64,000 bases of DNA from Takakia lepidozioides (lineage: Eukaryota > Plantae > Bryophyta), in the NCBI GenBank assembly GCA_030704615.1, contig CM060731.1:55552001-55616000 (forward strand), written 5' to 3'. The notes beneath the pieces are model-generated. The model was given only the letters and a program-made list of their open reading frames with translations. It ran no database searches and had not been told where the DNA came from. Both the position numbers and the translations under genes were made by a program. This document shows positions 23,789-37,380 of this stretch, piece after piece (position 1 is the stretch's first letter; the number at the start of each line of letters is the position of its first letter).

Positions 23789-24817
23789 TCATGTAATTTG
23801 TACAGGAGATAACCAAGCATCTTTCAATGCCTCCTCCGCAGTCCACTGCTTAGACTTAAGACTGCTAATAAACCTCTGAGCAGTACCGCAATGTCGGGAT
23901 TGCAGAAGTACTCCCAGCTGATACAAATCTAACTAGGTAGTGCAGTGGCCATCCTCCAACATGGCCTTGCTCCAATCAGCAAAAGGCTGAAATCCTTCTG
24001 GCAATTTGAATGGAGATTCAGCTACCGTTTCAAGGTCTATGAGCATGAACCCCTCCGCTGAAACCTGCACAATATTGGGCAACCGGATATCCCTATGGAC
24101 GAGGTTTACCTCATGCAGGACAGACAAAGCCTTTAACACGTCCCGAGCCAACAGCTTCATATCGTTCTCCGACCTCAACATCGGGGAGTAGCCCAGCGGA
24201 CTGATCTCAATATTATAAGTACCTCTACGATCCATTTCAGGCTCTGAAATTACCTGCGGAAGAGAAGGGACCCCTCGTGCAACATTGTAGGCCTGCCGAA
24301 TCAGTTCAAAAGTGGTCCTTTTCTCAATACAATACCTTGGGAAGTTCCTTATTGCCTTCCGAACACTGCTCGGCTGAAAGTATATCGTCCTATCCCCACA
24401 TGCTTCTTCAGAAAACATTGGCCGCCGGCCTGGCACTTCCGGGATTGACTCCACCATCTTCTTCATGATCTCATAGGCATTGCCAAGGCTGACTAACAAC
24501 AAGAGGCGGTCATAAAGCTTCGTGACATTAAGACATGGCTTGATTCGAGCTGCCGTCTTTCCATCCTTGTTGATATAAACCCATTGGAAGTCTGTGCCTG
24601 CTGCGATATAGCCGAGAATGAATTGAATGTCCCCATAAAACGTCACACTAAGTGGCCTCATCTTTCTCAAAATATCCTCTTCAGCAGCAGCTAAGCCGGC
24701 CAGCTTGTCCTCACCAACCAGAAAAGTGCATCCACCGGCAATTCCAAACATGTCAGGCCTCAGCTGTTTTCCAATAGTTTTGGTGTTAGAAGTATCTGTC
24801 TTCTTTTCAGAAGTATT
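23789..24817 (-). pseudogene. Crinkler-like PD-(D/E)xK REase + protein kinase pseudogene
   Basis: LRPDMF...FLVGEDK and VHRDIRLPNIV...LIDLE. Beyond the premature stop at 23933-23935 the frame continues DLYQLGVLL...TAEEALKDAWL. The 5' part is cut off at the LTR starting 24818. Confidence 0.7.
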
Positions 24818-25720
24818 TGTTAGAGGACTGTCGGGGACTTAGACACTTATACGGGATCTGTAGGGTACCCTTAATTTTTGCACAGACTGAGACCAACAGG
24901 AGCCTTAGGGGTGACAGCAGCGTACTGTAGAGGGGGGTTACACAGCCCGTCACAGTCGTCACAGTCGTCACAGCCAACACAGCCAACACAGCCCGTCACA
25001 GCAGACACAGCCGACACAGCCCGGCACAGCCACACAGCCAGTCACAGCCCGACACAGCCAAACACAGTCGCACAGCCAGTCACAGCCCGTCACAGTTTCA
25101 CACAGCCAGTCATAGCTTGACACAGCTGTCACGATCATAGGGAACGAAGAGTAGGACAGGGAACGACTGTGGGGAACAACACCTGCGAAGGGAACATGTT
25201 AGTTCACAGACACGGTTAGTGAGGGAAATGGTTAGAACCGCGGATAGGAAGATAAAAGGGAGAAACGGGGAATGAAGGGACATCATTCGAAGGAGGACTT
25301 CTGGGTGATAGAGGAGAGGGGATCGGGCAGAGATAAAGAACGGAAGTGAAGATAGAGAGATGATGAGTAGAGCAGATTAGAGACACAATGGCTTCGGCCT
25401 GATACCTGATAAATCATAATCGGATACTTTTACGATACAATCACACTGTGTAGAGAGATCTGAGTGAAGCTGTGACATGAATGGATGAGCTGATGGAATC
25501 CAATAGATTGATAAAGCAAACTGATATTTAATTATCAATAGTAAGATAGCTAACATGAATACCAAAAGGGAAACAAATAGGAAACACCCCCATGATACAC
25601 TAGCTGTAGGTCATGACTGATTGTTCTGCGCGGGCTGAGTACTTAGAGATTTCCAACTCTTCTATCTTGGAGTTTCCGCCTCGAATAGCGAAGGGATGGG
25701 TGAGTAGAAGCCGCGCGACA
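24818..25720 (+). mobile_element. 5' LTR of gypsy family A (copy 2)
   Basis: TGTTAGAGG...GCCGCGCGACA, followed by a PBS. Confidence 0.9.
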
Positions 25721-26308
25721 TTTGGCAACCATACTGGGGACCTGGGACATGAACAACCAGATGTGATAGGCATCTGGTGGGATCATGGTGGTTGGACCAT
25801 TAAAGAATTTGAAGTGAATCAAATTCCCTGTGGAACGAAGGAAGAAAGATTGTCCAAACAATTCTTTCAAAGGTTCTTGGAATTGCCAGACGGTTGTAAA
25901 GAAAATATTCTTAAACGAGTGCATGATGTTGATCCAGAATGGGGTCTGGAGAAAGGAGTGATAAAGATTTATCAGGTAGCCTGTAGAGGAAGAGCACGTT
26001 GGTTACCAACATTGGTTTATGTGATAGCATTGCTATCCATTAAACGAGTAGAGTTTGAAGGCTGGGAAGAAAGAAAGGTGAATGTTTATACTCATATGCA
26101 TGAAGAGCTGGTACTGGTAAAGAATTGGATTCCAAAGGATATTTTGTGGATCAAACTCACACCAAGAACATCTTTTCAGACTTGTTTGCCATATGGTTAT
26201 ATGGTAACGGAGACTTCAAGTATAGCCAAGGGTGCATTGAAGCTTGAAAGAAACCCAGGCATATACGAGAGATATTACAGAAGAGAGTTTTGGTTATTGC
26301 CACATTAA
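25613..26308 (+). CDS. 5' additional ORF upstream of gag (unknown function)
   Basis: 231-aa ORF, intact and nearly identical at 58896..59591. Confidence 0.6.
   Translation: MTDCSARAEYLEISNSSILEFPPRIAKGWVSRSRATFGNHTGDLGHEQPDVIGIWWDHGGWTIKEFEVNQIPCGTKEERLSKQFFQRFLELPDGCKENILKRVHDVDPEWGLEKGVIKIYQVACRGRARWLPTLVYVIALLSIKRVEFEGWEERKVNVYTHMHEELVLVKNWIPKDILWIKLTPRTSFQTCLPYGYMVTETSSIAKGALKLERNPGIYERYYRREFWLLPH
25723..25740 (+). other. Primer binding site (tRNA-Arg-like, tentative)
   Basis: TGGCAACCATACTGGGGA immediately after the LTR; TGGCGACCATACTGGGGA in the copy at 59006. Confidence 0.7.
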
Positions 26309-26329
26309 AAGAAATGAAAGACATGGGAC

Positions 26330-29329
26330 ATGAGTGATGAAAGAGAAGCTAGACGACAGAGATATTCAGCAAAAAGAGAAAGCTATCTGAAAGCTAATTA
26401 TCCATATCTTTGGGAGAGAGGAATAGACATAGGGGAATCATCTGGACCTCTCACACCATCAAGATCAAAGAGTGCAACACCTATACCGGAAGAACTAGAG
26501 TTGGAGGCCACTCCTTCTGTTTCTTTGCAAGAAAGATTAAGGGAATTGGTACAGGAAGAAGATCAATCACGAGGTGAAAGATCTGAGGTACATCCTTGGA
26601 TAAAAGACTTGACATAAATCTTTGATAAGAGTTGGCATGGAACACCAAAAGCAGTAACTCCAGTTTCTGAAGCAGAAGGTGAAGAAGGAGAAGAGGATGT
26701 GGCAGAGCCAACGGAGAGTTCAGACTCTCCAACACCATTACAGTTGAGTTACATGAGTGAAGAAGAAACCCAAGGGCAGAACTTGGAGGATGAAAACAGA
26801 GAGAAGAAATTAGAAGAGGAAGAATATGAAGAAGTAGACCCAACAGCTGAGGTTGAGACTACAACCAGGACATCCCAACCCGTTGGACCTGGATCAAGTG
26901 GAGCACTTGGATCACAGGCCAACGAAGGTGTCGGCTCAGGGGGATCAGGCGGGCTGCCTGGATCTGGCTCTGGGGGGACAGGGAGTGTGGGAAGTAGTGC
27001 AACTGAAGCTGGGAATACTGTGAATATCGTGGGGCCAGAAGCAAGGAGTGCTCAAGGGCCACCACTTGGTGGAAGATCCACCACAAAAACAACAGGTCCA
27101 GAAGGACCAGCACCAGCAAGGGTGCCAGCACCTGTCAGTGGGCAGAAGGTAGGGCCACAGATGGCGTTACAACCAACACGGGCAAAACCACCCTTTCCAA
27201 TATATTCAGGAAAAGGAGATCCCGATGTACACATTAGCCAATTTGAGCACATGTGTATAGTGAACAATGAGAATGGCGATGATGCCAAGATGAGACTGTT
27301 TCCTTGTTCACTTATCAAGAAAGCAAGTGAATGGTATGCAAGATTTCCTGATAATCATTTCCTAACCTGGAATGGCTTGAATACAGCATTTCGAAATAGG
27401 TTCAGGACAAGTAAAACTGAGGATGAAGTGTATGGAAGTTTACAACAGCTGAAGCAGAAGAAGCATGAAACTGTTGAAGAGTATATGGAGAAGATGGAAT
27501 TGATGATGAAAAAGCTGGCTGCAGTACCAGCGCCCGGTTTACAGAAGACTTGGTTTGTGAGTGGACTAAGACCAGAGTTGCAAAAGAAAGTGGATATGTT
27601 ACCCCATAATACAGTGGAGGAGGCATTTGAAACTGCGAACAGAATTGAGCAATTGGGAATGCTCAGGAGAGAGAAAAAGGATGATGAGGACTCTGAGGAT
27701 GAGTCAGATGAAGAAGAAGAGCAAGAACTAAAAAGAAAGAGTAAGAGAAAGGAGAAGTTGAAGAGGGATAACTATGAAAAAAAATTGGAAGAAATCTTGA
27801 AGAAGTATGCCACAGAGGCTGCAACACATTGGAGGAAGGGTGTATGGTATGCAAAGTGCCAGAATGAAGGCCATACCACCACAGAATGCCACATGAAGGA
27901 GAAACACTGTACTATCTGTAAAATGGATAACCATTCTACTGAGAATTGTTACTACAACAGAAGGACAGCTGCAAGAGAACCTAGGCAAGTAAGGGTGCAT
28001 CAGGTGCAGCCCCAGCCAAGAAGAAACAATGATCAGGACCACTATGGTAGGTCTGGTGGTTATAACAATGGCATGGAAGGGAGAGGTAATTCAAGAGGGA
28101 ATTACCAAGGAAATTCCAGAGGCAACTATCAGGGTAATCCAAGGGGGAATTACCAGCCCGGGAATCAGGATTATAGAAATAATCCAAGAACAGACCAAGG
28201 GCGAGGACCCAATGGTGAAGAGCTATGTTACTATTGTAATCAGCCAGGACATCGCAAGGCAGCCTGTTCATTCTGGATAAGACACCAGAATGAGATGAGA
28301 GCTCCTGTGAATGAGGGCCCAGTGGTGGCAGCTCACATGGTTAGGCCATGTGTTGTACCAGAAGTAAGTACAATGATAGTAACAAGAAGTAAAGCCAAAC
28401 TAATACCTCCAGTAGAAGAGGAAGAAGATGAGACTGGAAGTGGCAATGATATGCCTGAAGATGAAGAGACTTGGAAAGATGAGAAGGAACTGCACAAGGA
28501 AGTGGCAGATACTATAAGGGAAATGCAAAAGAGTACTGATATTCCTGTGGCAGATTCCTCTGATTCGGATGGAGAAAAAGAAGGGAGTGAGGAAGAAAGG
28601 AAAAAAGAAGATGCAGACATGCAAAGTAATGAAGAGACTTTGGCTGAAGTAATATGTCAGACCAAAGCAGAAATTACCATTGGACAGCTATTAGCTGTGG
28701 CACCTTATTGTAGGCACAGGCTGTATCAAGCAATCAATCGAATTGCCCAAGAGACAGGAAACACAGACCTGAACAGCAAGGTGACCAGTTATAATGTGAA
28801 GCCGGAAGGGCGAGAACCAGTCATGGACTTTGATGATTCTATGCCAGTAATCCAATTGAGAATTGGAAGCACAGAACTAACTGATGTACTGATAGATGGT
28901 GGTTCTGGAGTAAATATCATGACAGACCAATTAAGGAAGAAGCTTGGTCTAAGTAACATGAAACCAGCCCCATTTACAGTAACAATGGCAGATCAAAGAA
29001 GTGTGCAGCCATTGGGATTAATAAGAGGAGTTAAGATACAGATACAGAAAATGATCTTTATGATCACAGTAACTGTATTAGAAATGGATGAAGTCTTGGA
29101 GGCTTACTCCTTATTATTGGGACGACCGTGGCTGAAACAGGCCAGGGCATTCCATGACTGGAATTCTCAGTTACTAACCGTGCATAATGGGATACACGAG
29201 ATACAAATTACCACAAAGAAATCTAGTAGATTACCTGCTACAAGAAGACCTCGAGGAGTCAGAGAGTATGACTGGAGAGGAGGACTGGATGAGGAGCAGG
29301 AAGCTACCCTATTTGTTGCACACCCAGAG
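26330..29329 (+). pseudogene. Gag-protease of gypsy family A (premature stop at 26615; interrupted at 29330)
   Basis: Retrotransposon gag core (YSGKGDPDVHI, LFPCSL, LQQLKQ), CCHC knuckles, protease LIDGGSGVN. Collinear with 59613-62610. Confidence 0.9.
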
Positions 29330-30929
29330 TGTCGCGCACCTCACTTCGGTAAACTCCCCTTCAAGTCATAGTTACTCGCTTTGATGCGCGCGCCTGACTC
29401 CCAACCTGGCCGCCGGGCCAACTTGGAGTTTCGGCTGCTCACCGGGACATAACGGTCCCCTTTCGCTTCCCTCTAAAACCCTCCACCTAATTGGGACTAG
29501 GAGAATTCCCTTTGGTAGATGGCAGTCCGGAACAGCTCCCCTCTCTTTGGTCGCTTTCCGGCTCGCTCGCTTACTCACTAGTTCTTGGTCACCAACGGGC
29601 TTGCACCGTTCTCGGGGTTACTACTCCCCTTATATATACTTCTGTAGCTGTCCGCGGGGGTTCCACAACCAGCCATGCCATTTTATGGCGAACCACCACG
29701 AAAACCCTCGACTCCCGGTGGTGAGTCGCGGTGAGTCTTGGCCCGCTCACCACGGCCCCTATGGACCGTGATGAGTCCCAAGACTCCCCACGACTCCCAC
29801 CACGAGGTCTCCGCCCCCATGGTGAGTCCTATGCCACCCCCACTAAGTCCCACTAAGCTACCACCACCCCTTGTGGAGCCACCCCCACCGCAACCCGGTG
29901 TGCGGGGCTCCACCTAGTGAGCGCCTCTGCTTCCCTGAGTGCCTTGGGCACTCAATGGTGCTTCAACCCCCCTTACCTATCGCTGCCGCTGCCCCCACCA
30001 CAGGGGCAGCCCCTCATGTGTCCCGACCCCCTGCCCTCAAGGCAAAGGGCCGCGACACACACCCCTACCAACAGGGAGTCGATGTCCTCATCGACTTGTC
30101 CATTTTGTAGAAACGAACATCCAAGTTGTGGCGTCCCACATCAAGGAGTTTGTTTCTGTACCATGGCGTCCCATGGCAAAGAACCAAACCCCACACTTGA
30201 CTCTACTCTCCACTAGCTAGTTCGGCCGACTTCCTCCAAGTCCGGCCAAGGGTGGAGCCTCTCCAGCTCCTCCCAGTGCACTCTTCTTGGCCTACTTCAA
30301 GGCCAAGGAACGATCCTCCCCGAGGATCGAATCGCCTTACTGCAACAACATTGCTTGCGATCGCTCATGATGCCGCTTTTGGCATCACCTTGAGCAAGGG
30401 TTCACCTGGAACCCTCTTTGACTAGGAAGATAACCTTGAACCAACCATGCGCCCCAATCACTACAATTGGGTCCGCCTTGGAATGCTGGCCTGAGGTACG
30501 GGAACACGCCGAAGCCGCACTACGACTTCGTCCCGAGGCTACACGATTATAGTACGTGAACGGAAGCACGTAGCTTCCGCGTTAGCCCGCACTACAAGGC
30601 AACCCCCTCGGTAGCGCAGTTATAGTACGCGCACGCGCCAGGTGCGCACTAGCACGCGAACTCCCAAAATAAGGCGCAAGTTTCCTTGCCCCTTGGATGG
30701 GAGTCACCCGATTTCGGCACTGCGCAAACACACGATTAACCCAATTTACCTCTCCCACTTTTGTAAGCTAGCATGCATTCTACACACCAGCCAACCGCAC
30801 CATGCATCACCATTCCAAACACAATAGGACGCACAATATTTGGAACCCATTTCCTTTATAACAAATTTTTGTACAATACAAGTTTTTGCAATCGGATTCC
30901 TGAGCTAGCTAAACCGGGTTAAGTATGCA
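29330..30929 (-). mobile_element. 3' LTR of a chromovirus (Ty3/gypsy)
   Basis: TG...CA ends. PPT GTGGGAGAGGAAA (rc at 30930-30942). It interrupts family A pol at CCCAGAG. Confidence 0.75.
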
Positions 30930-30963
30930 TTTCCTCTCCCACGCTCCAAGGTTGATGTCCCCA

Positions 30964-33227
30964 TCAACGTTTCTTCCGCTTTTGAGGTCGCCCTTCGAAC
31001 GCTGCAACTGCCTCGGATGCGTTTCCCATTTCTGAGGCACGCACCCAAGATGCCTCCACAAGATGATAGCCCTTCCATTTGACGAGATACTCCGTTTCTC
31101 GGTTCTTGAACCTCCTCGACTTAAGTATTGCCTCCACCTCGTACTCAGGTTCATTTTCATGATCCAACAGCATAGGTGGCGGACGCAACACTTGCTGCCG
31201 ATTCGGACGTGCTTCATCTTTGAAGTAAGGCTTCAAAAGGGAGACATGGAATACTGGGTGCACCTTGCTGTTTGCCGGCAGCTCCAATTCATACACATCC
31301 TCATTCATAACCCTCCGAATGCGAAAGGGACCCGCATACGGAGGTACGAACTTCGGACTCACTTCCGGAGGTAGTCGAAAATTCTTGATGTTCAACCAGA
31401 CCTCTGTGCCTGCCTCAAACTTCACTTCCCTCCGCTTCCGATTCGCCTGCCTTTCATACCGTTTCCTAGCTTTGGCAATGTTGTACTTTGCGAGCTTCAA
31501 CAAACGCTCGCGTTCTTCCAGTACCGCCGCTACTGCCGGTTCCTCAACGTCCTGGGCGGCCCTGTAGTGTGAATGCAGGGGAGTGACATTACATTTTGGC
31601 TTCACCGTTAAGACCCTGCATCACTATAATGGGAGGGCCCTCATACCAACTGCAAGAGGGATATATCCCTCCATACAGGTAATTTTGTGGGCATACTGTA
31701 CTCATGCGTTGCCAAAATAAAAATGGCTAAGTCGTGACCATGCATTTTTCATCCATGCGATGAACGTTTTCGTCATTGATGCTCAACCTAAAATCCGCGA
31801 GGAAGAAAAAACGAAGAGGAAGGTGACGGGCGATTCGTAGCAGCTGCCGCGAGCTGTGGTGTTGACAGGGCAGTCTGTGTTGAGAGGTTGTACCTGCGCT
31901 GTGGGACTTCGCTTGGTTTAGAGGGCAGCATTAAGTGCCTCTGCTTGGTATTCTGTGTAAAGGGAAGCGGTGCCGTCTTTCTCGTTGTGATGATCAATTC
32001 ATGGAGATAGGAGCATGTAAGGAGAGCGGCGCACCACCGCTGCCGCCACTGTCTTGAAGATGACAGTTATGGGCAGATGAGCAAGCAAGGAGAACGGCCA
32101 CCTGCCAGAAGCACAAGGAAGAGAATCTGAGCACAATCAATGGAGGTGATAAGGCATGTGGAGTGCTGGCTGGATGGCAACACAGGTTATCTGTAATCAG
32201 GCTTCTAGCTGCCTTTTTGTCTTCTTGCTATAGGTCCATTTCAGTTCTTAAAGAGCTACATGCATAGAAGAATAGAGCAATTTAGTTGGCAAACCACAGG
32301 ATGCTCCATAGGATGATGAGGAGACATCATGGCATGATAAACTCTGGAATCAAGACAAGGAGAAAAGGTTGTGGTGGCTGCTGACAGGCGATGGTGAGGT
32401 GCCATCTCGGCAGGCTGACCCACCGCTTCACTGGAGGATAAAAACAGATAAGTTGGTAGACTGTGGGCTTCTTCTTTGGGGTGGACTTAGAAATCGCTTT
32501 TGGTAGATTTAGGACTGCCCTGGTTGTTGAAAGGAAAGGGTGGAGACATGTGATAGAGGAAAGGTTTTTGGAAATGGAATGGAGACTCTGGACTTCAAAC
32601 CAGAACATGGAAGGAATGGATACACCTGCCGTCGTAGTGTCAGTAAGAAAAATGAGTGAAGAGAGAGAGAGAGAGACTGTTGTCACAGAAAACAGAATGG
32701 TCACTGTTGTCTTCATTCTTGTTCTTGTTTCAGTGTTGTAAACCTGCACACAATGCTGCGGGGGGGGGTAGTGATACACTGGACCCAATGTAGATATAGC
32801 TTGTTTGCTTGGAGAGATAACTGAGGGTTAGCTGGAACTGTATGAAAACACAAAAGGGATAAGGTGTGATTTCAGCATTGTATCAGGATATGAACGACTT
32901 AAGCCCTTTTGTTGAAAGGAAAAGAGAGATGTTGGGTATTCAGGTTGAATCTGAAGAAGGGATGAGAGCTGTTTTGGGAAATGGGATCTTTTAAAAGAAA
33001 GGGGTAGTGTGAAGGGTTGAGTATTGACGGAGAGAAGAGAGAGAGAGAGAGATAGAGAGACTGATGAAAGGGATGGTTTTGCCTTGTGAGACCAAGGATG
33101 ACTTCATGGCTGGCTGCACTGGATGCCTGGCGGAGTGTGCATTTGCATTACGTGATAGATGGGCTGTATGTGAAGAAGTAAGGAGCCTGTAGACATAGAC
33201 AGAGATAGAGAAACAGACGAGAAAAGG

Positions 33228-33261
<34 letters not shown>

Positions 33262-36200
33262 GCTGCTCAGCAAAAAGGGTTGATGGGGGGATGGCCAACT
33301 TGGGGAGATTGAGATGAAGAAAGCATGAATCCTGAAGGAAAACCAGTGCCCCTGCAGTTTATGAAGATCTGAGTTGTCTCCCTCTAAATCTGTGTCACCA
33401 TTACAAAAAGGGATTTCCGACATGTCACTGCTCAAGGGGGTTCACATTAAGGGTCGTATTCACCGCTGCCATTGGGCTGCTTGCATCACATAAAAGATCA
33501 CGCCAACACTGTTGGCGCAGTGAGCATAGGGCCAGGCTGTTGCATAGAAGTAGAACCGAGGGCAAGAACAAACCAAAGACTCCCATCCATGTCTTCTCTT
33601 CCGCTGCGGCGTGGATGAGGATTCCGCAAACTCTGATCACGAACGAACCTGAAGGAAAAACCCATATAGCCTCATGACGATGGTTGGACAGAAAAGAGAA
33701 CGCTCCTTTCCTTTGCCCTGATACTTCAACAGGGACGAGTAGGAGGAGTACAGATTTAGGATTAACCAGAAGGGGATTCACGCCCCTTCTTTTCACACTA
33801 CAGCCCAACTTGTCGGCACCAGAGGTGCTTTTCCATAGACCAACACAAAAGGGGAAACTCCCGTCGCGGAGTGTTCTGTGTTATTATAACAGAACTCTGC
33901 CGCGTCTAAGTGTTCCATCCAGTCTGATTGGTCTGCCGACACGTAATTCCGCAAGAATTGCTTCACTACGGAATTCACTCTTTCCGTTTGGCCGTCCGTC
34001 GTAGGTCGGAAGGCGGTGCTCATCTTCAGCCTCGTGCCCATCTTCTTCCAAAGTGCTCTCCAGAATTTACTCGTAAACTTTGGATCGCGGTCCGAGACAA
34101 TATCCTTCGGAACTCCATGATGCTTTAAGACGTGGGCGAAGTAAAGTCGCCCTGTCTCCTGCGCCGTTGCCGTCTCCTTGGTGGGGATGAAATGGGCCAT
34201 TTTACTGAACCTATCTACCACCACCATGATTGCATCGAATCCTTTTGACAGCGGCATAGCAGTCATGAAATCCATCGAGACGCTTTCCCAAGTCCCCTCT
34301 GGAATCGGCAAGGGTTGTAACAGCCCCGCTTGCTTTTTGTACTCGCTCCGGTTTTGTTGGCATGTGGTGCATGTCTTGACATACTCCTCTGCCTCTTCCC
34401 TCAGTTTGGGCCAGAAATACTCTTTCTTCAAGAGTGCCGCAGTGCGCTTGGCTCCACCGTGGCCCGCAAGCGGGCTATCATGGCATTCTCTCAAGAGACT
34501 ATCCCTGATCCCTCCCTTCGGCACGTAGAGACGCTTTTGCTTATACCGGAGCAGTCCATTCTGCAAGTGGAACTGCGATTTAACCCCCATCCTCAAGTCC
34601 TGCATCACGGACTTCGCCAGCTCATCCTTCCGACAAGCCTTCCGGATCTTCCCTTGGAGTCCGTCTCGCCCTTGTACACCAACAAGAGCTGCTGCTTTCT
34701 ACTTAAAGCATCGGCCACCACATTGTCCCGTCCCGGTTTTGTACTGGATATCCACGTCGAACACTGCCAAAGTATCTTGCCACCTAAGTTGTTTTGGGGA
34801 CAACTTGGGCTGCGTGGCAAAATACTTCACTGTGACATTGTCCGTGAACACCTTCACTGGGTTGGAACCAACATAGTGGCGCCAGAGCTCAAGGCAATGC
34901 ACCACCGCCTTCATCTCTTTTTCGTGCGTTGGCCACCGTCGCTCCACTTCATTCAGTTTCTTACTTTCGTAAGCCACTGGACGTCCATCTTGCATAAGTA
35001 CACCCCCAATTGCGAAGTCCGATGCATCTGTATGAATCTCAAACGGACGATCGAACTCCGGGATTTTCAAGACTGGAGCTTCCGTCATCCGCTGCTTCAA
35101 TTCAGCAAAAGCTTGGCCACAAAATGTGTTCCATACCCAGACTTTGGATTTACACAGAAGGTCCGACAGCGGCCCCGCGATCTTGGCGAAATTTCTCACA
35201 TACTTTCGGTAATAGGAGGCGAGTCCTAGGAAGGATCGCACTCCCGGGACCGAAGTCGGAGGCTCCCAGTCCAAGATCGCCCTCACCTTTCTGTCATCCA
35301 TTTTGATCCCATCCTGTGTAATCACATGCCCCAAGAACTCCACTTTTGTGACCCCGAATTCGCACTTTGAAGCTTTGGCATACAGCTTCCCTTCTCGCAA
35401 TTTCTGGAACACCCTTTTGAGATGCTCCAGGTGCTCCTCCTTTGTTTTCGAGTACACCAAGATGTCGTCGATGTACACGATCACAAAGTCATCCAACCAC
35501 TCCTGGAAAAGGCTGTTCATCAGCGTGCTAAATGTCGCTGGTGCATTGGTGAGCCCAAAAGGCATCACCAAGAACTCATATGAACCATACCTTGTCCTGC
35601 ACGCGGTCTTCTCCTCATCTCCTTCTGCCACCCGAATTTGGTGATAGCCGGAGCGCAAATCGATCCGGCTGAAATACTTCGCTCCTGCCAAACCGATCGA
35701 AGAGGTCGTCGATCCTTGGCAAAGGGTACCGGTTTTGATAGTCACCTTATTCAGAGCCCTGTAATCGACACACATCCGCAACGTCCCATCCTTCTTGTCT
35801 GCAAATAGCACCGGGGCTCCGTAAGGTGACTTACTCGGCCGGATGTACCCCTTTGACATTAGATCCTTGAGCTGAGTCTTCAGCTCGACCAACTCTTTGT
35901 GGCTCAACCGTTAGGGCGCCTTGGCAGGCGGTCCCGATCCCGGTATCACCTCAATCTTGTGGTCAACTCCTCTTCGCGGTGGCAAGCCGCTTGGTAAATC
36001 CTCCGGCATCACATCCTGGTATTTCTCCAAAATCCCCTTGATCCAATCTGGGCTCGGCTCCCCATCGCCTTCTCCTTTCACTTCTCTAATGTAAAGCAAA
36101 AACTGGGACTCGTGTGCCTCCTCCACGGCCCACTCCTTTGCTGACAGAAGGTTATTCGCCCTCCACGGATTTGGGCGTTTCAGACACTCGTAAAACCTCG

Positions 36201-37380
36201 CCACCATTCCCACATGGCAGCGTGACTACTCTCTTGCGGCCATCTATGACCGCTCCGGATTGCTCAAAAAGGTCATCCCTAAAATGAGATCCACTCCATC
36301 GATCTCGCAGATAGTGAAGTTCTCACGTCCCTCCCAACTCCCCAGTTGAAGAGGAACATCAAACGCCAACCTTGTCGCCAACTGAGGTTCTCCTTTGGCA
36401 GAGCGCACCTCAATAGAGGCCCCCACGTCACTTGTCGGGAGTCCCAACTTTCGCGCCGCCACCGGGGCGTCATGAAGGGAGTGCGACGCTCCTGTGTCCA
36501 CCAACAACGACACGTTAGTTCCGGATATTATCCATCCACGAACAATAACTGACTCCCTTTACGCAGGGCGCCAGTTTCCTGATACAACTCACAAGAATAG
36601 TTGCCTACCTTGCAAGTCCTGGCGACTACCGCTTCCACCAAACGACTGATGGTATCTTCCGACAGCTCGTGGTCGCCCGAGTCATGTCAATTGCCGGGGC
36701 TTCGTGCACTTCTTGGCCATGTGCCCGGGCTCCCCGCAATTGAAACACACTCCATCAAAGGTCGCCTTCTGTCTGCCATAAGCCGCTCCACCCGCTTTTC
36801 CTTTCGAAGCACCGGGTGCCGCCTGACGTGTGAAGGACCTCCCTTCGATTTCCACGTGCCATTTTCGCCGCGTGGCCTATCCCACTTCTTTTCGGTCGGA
36901 GGAGTCACCTTCCCGCCGGGTCTTCTTGTGGTTCAGCTCCGTACGGCCTTGTCTCTCACCCCTAGGACATCCGAGAGAAACAATTCGGCTCTCTCAATTG
37001 CCTCGTTCAAAGTCTTGGGTGGCTTCTCCTCCAACTTCCGCCTAGCCCATGGGGCCAGTCCCGCCACAAAGTTGAAGACCATTTCTGGTTCTGCCATGTC
37101 CGCGACTTCGAGAAACAACACATTGAAAGCTGGACATACCCCCGAATGTCATCTGTTTGCTTCAAATTCCTCATCTTGTCCCGGGCAAGCCAGGATGCGT
37201 TGAGGGGCACAAACTGTCTCTTCATCAATTCCTTGAACCCACTCCAGTTCAAGGTTTCCGGGCTTGGGCCTCGGTCGTGAAGGCGTTTCTGCCACCATTG
37301 TTGAGCATAGCCCCTCAAATAGGTGGGAGCCACGTCCACCCGATCCTCGTCACTCAACTTGGCCGCTCGGAAGTACTGCT
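30964..37380 (-). pseudogene. Chromovirus gag-pol (gag, protease, RT, RNase H, integrase, chromodomain), degenerate and 5'-truncated
   Basis: LVDTGASH; YIDDILV; IHTDASDF; H..GH...C..CQ; DGQTER; GPF; chromodomain YEVEAIL...YLVKWKGY. Multiple frameshifts. Confidence 0.92.
31563..33802. mobile_element. 2240-bp insertion (probable solo LTR) in the chromovirus integrase
   Basis: Perfect 11-bp inverted ends TGTAGTGTGAA...TTCACACTACA and a 4-bp TSD GCCC. Removing it restores the frame PTSWAAQDVEE. Confidence 0.85.

Noticed and set aside
26330-29329. CpG depletion of gypsy A versus CpG retention in the MULEs as proof of anti-silencing
   Set aside because: The chromovirus and PLE are also CpG-rich and I cannot quantify this by eye. 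It needs computed CpG o/e and methylome data.
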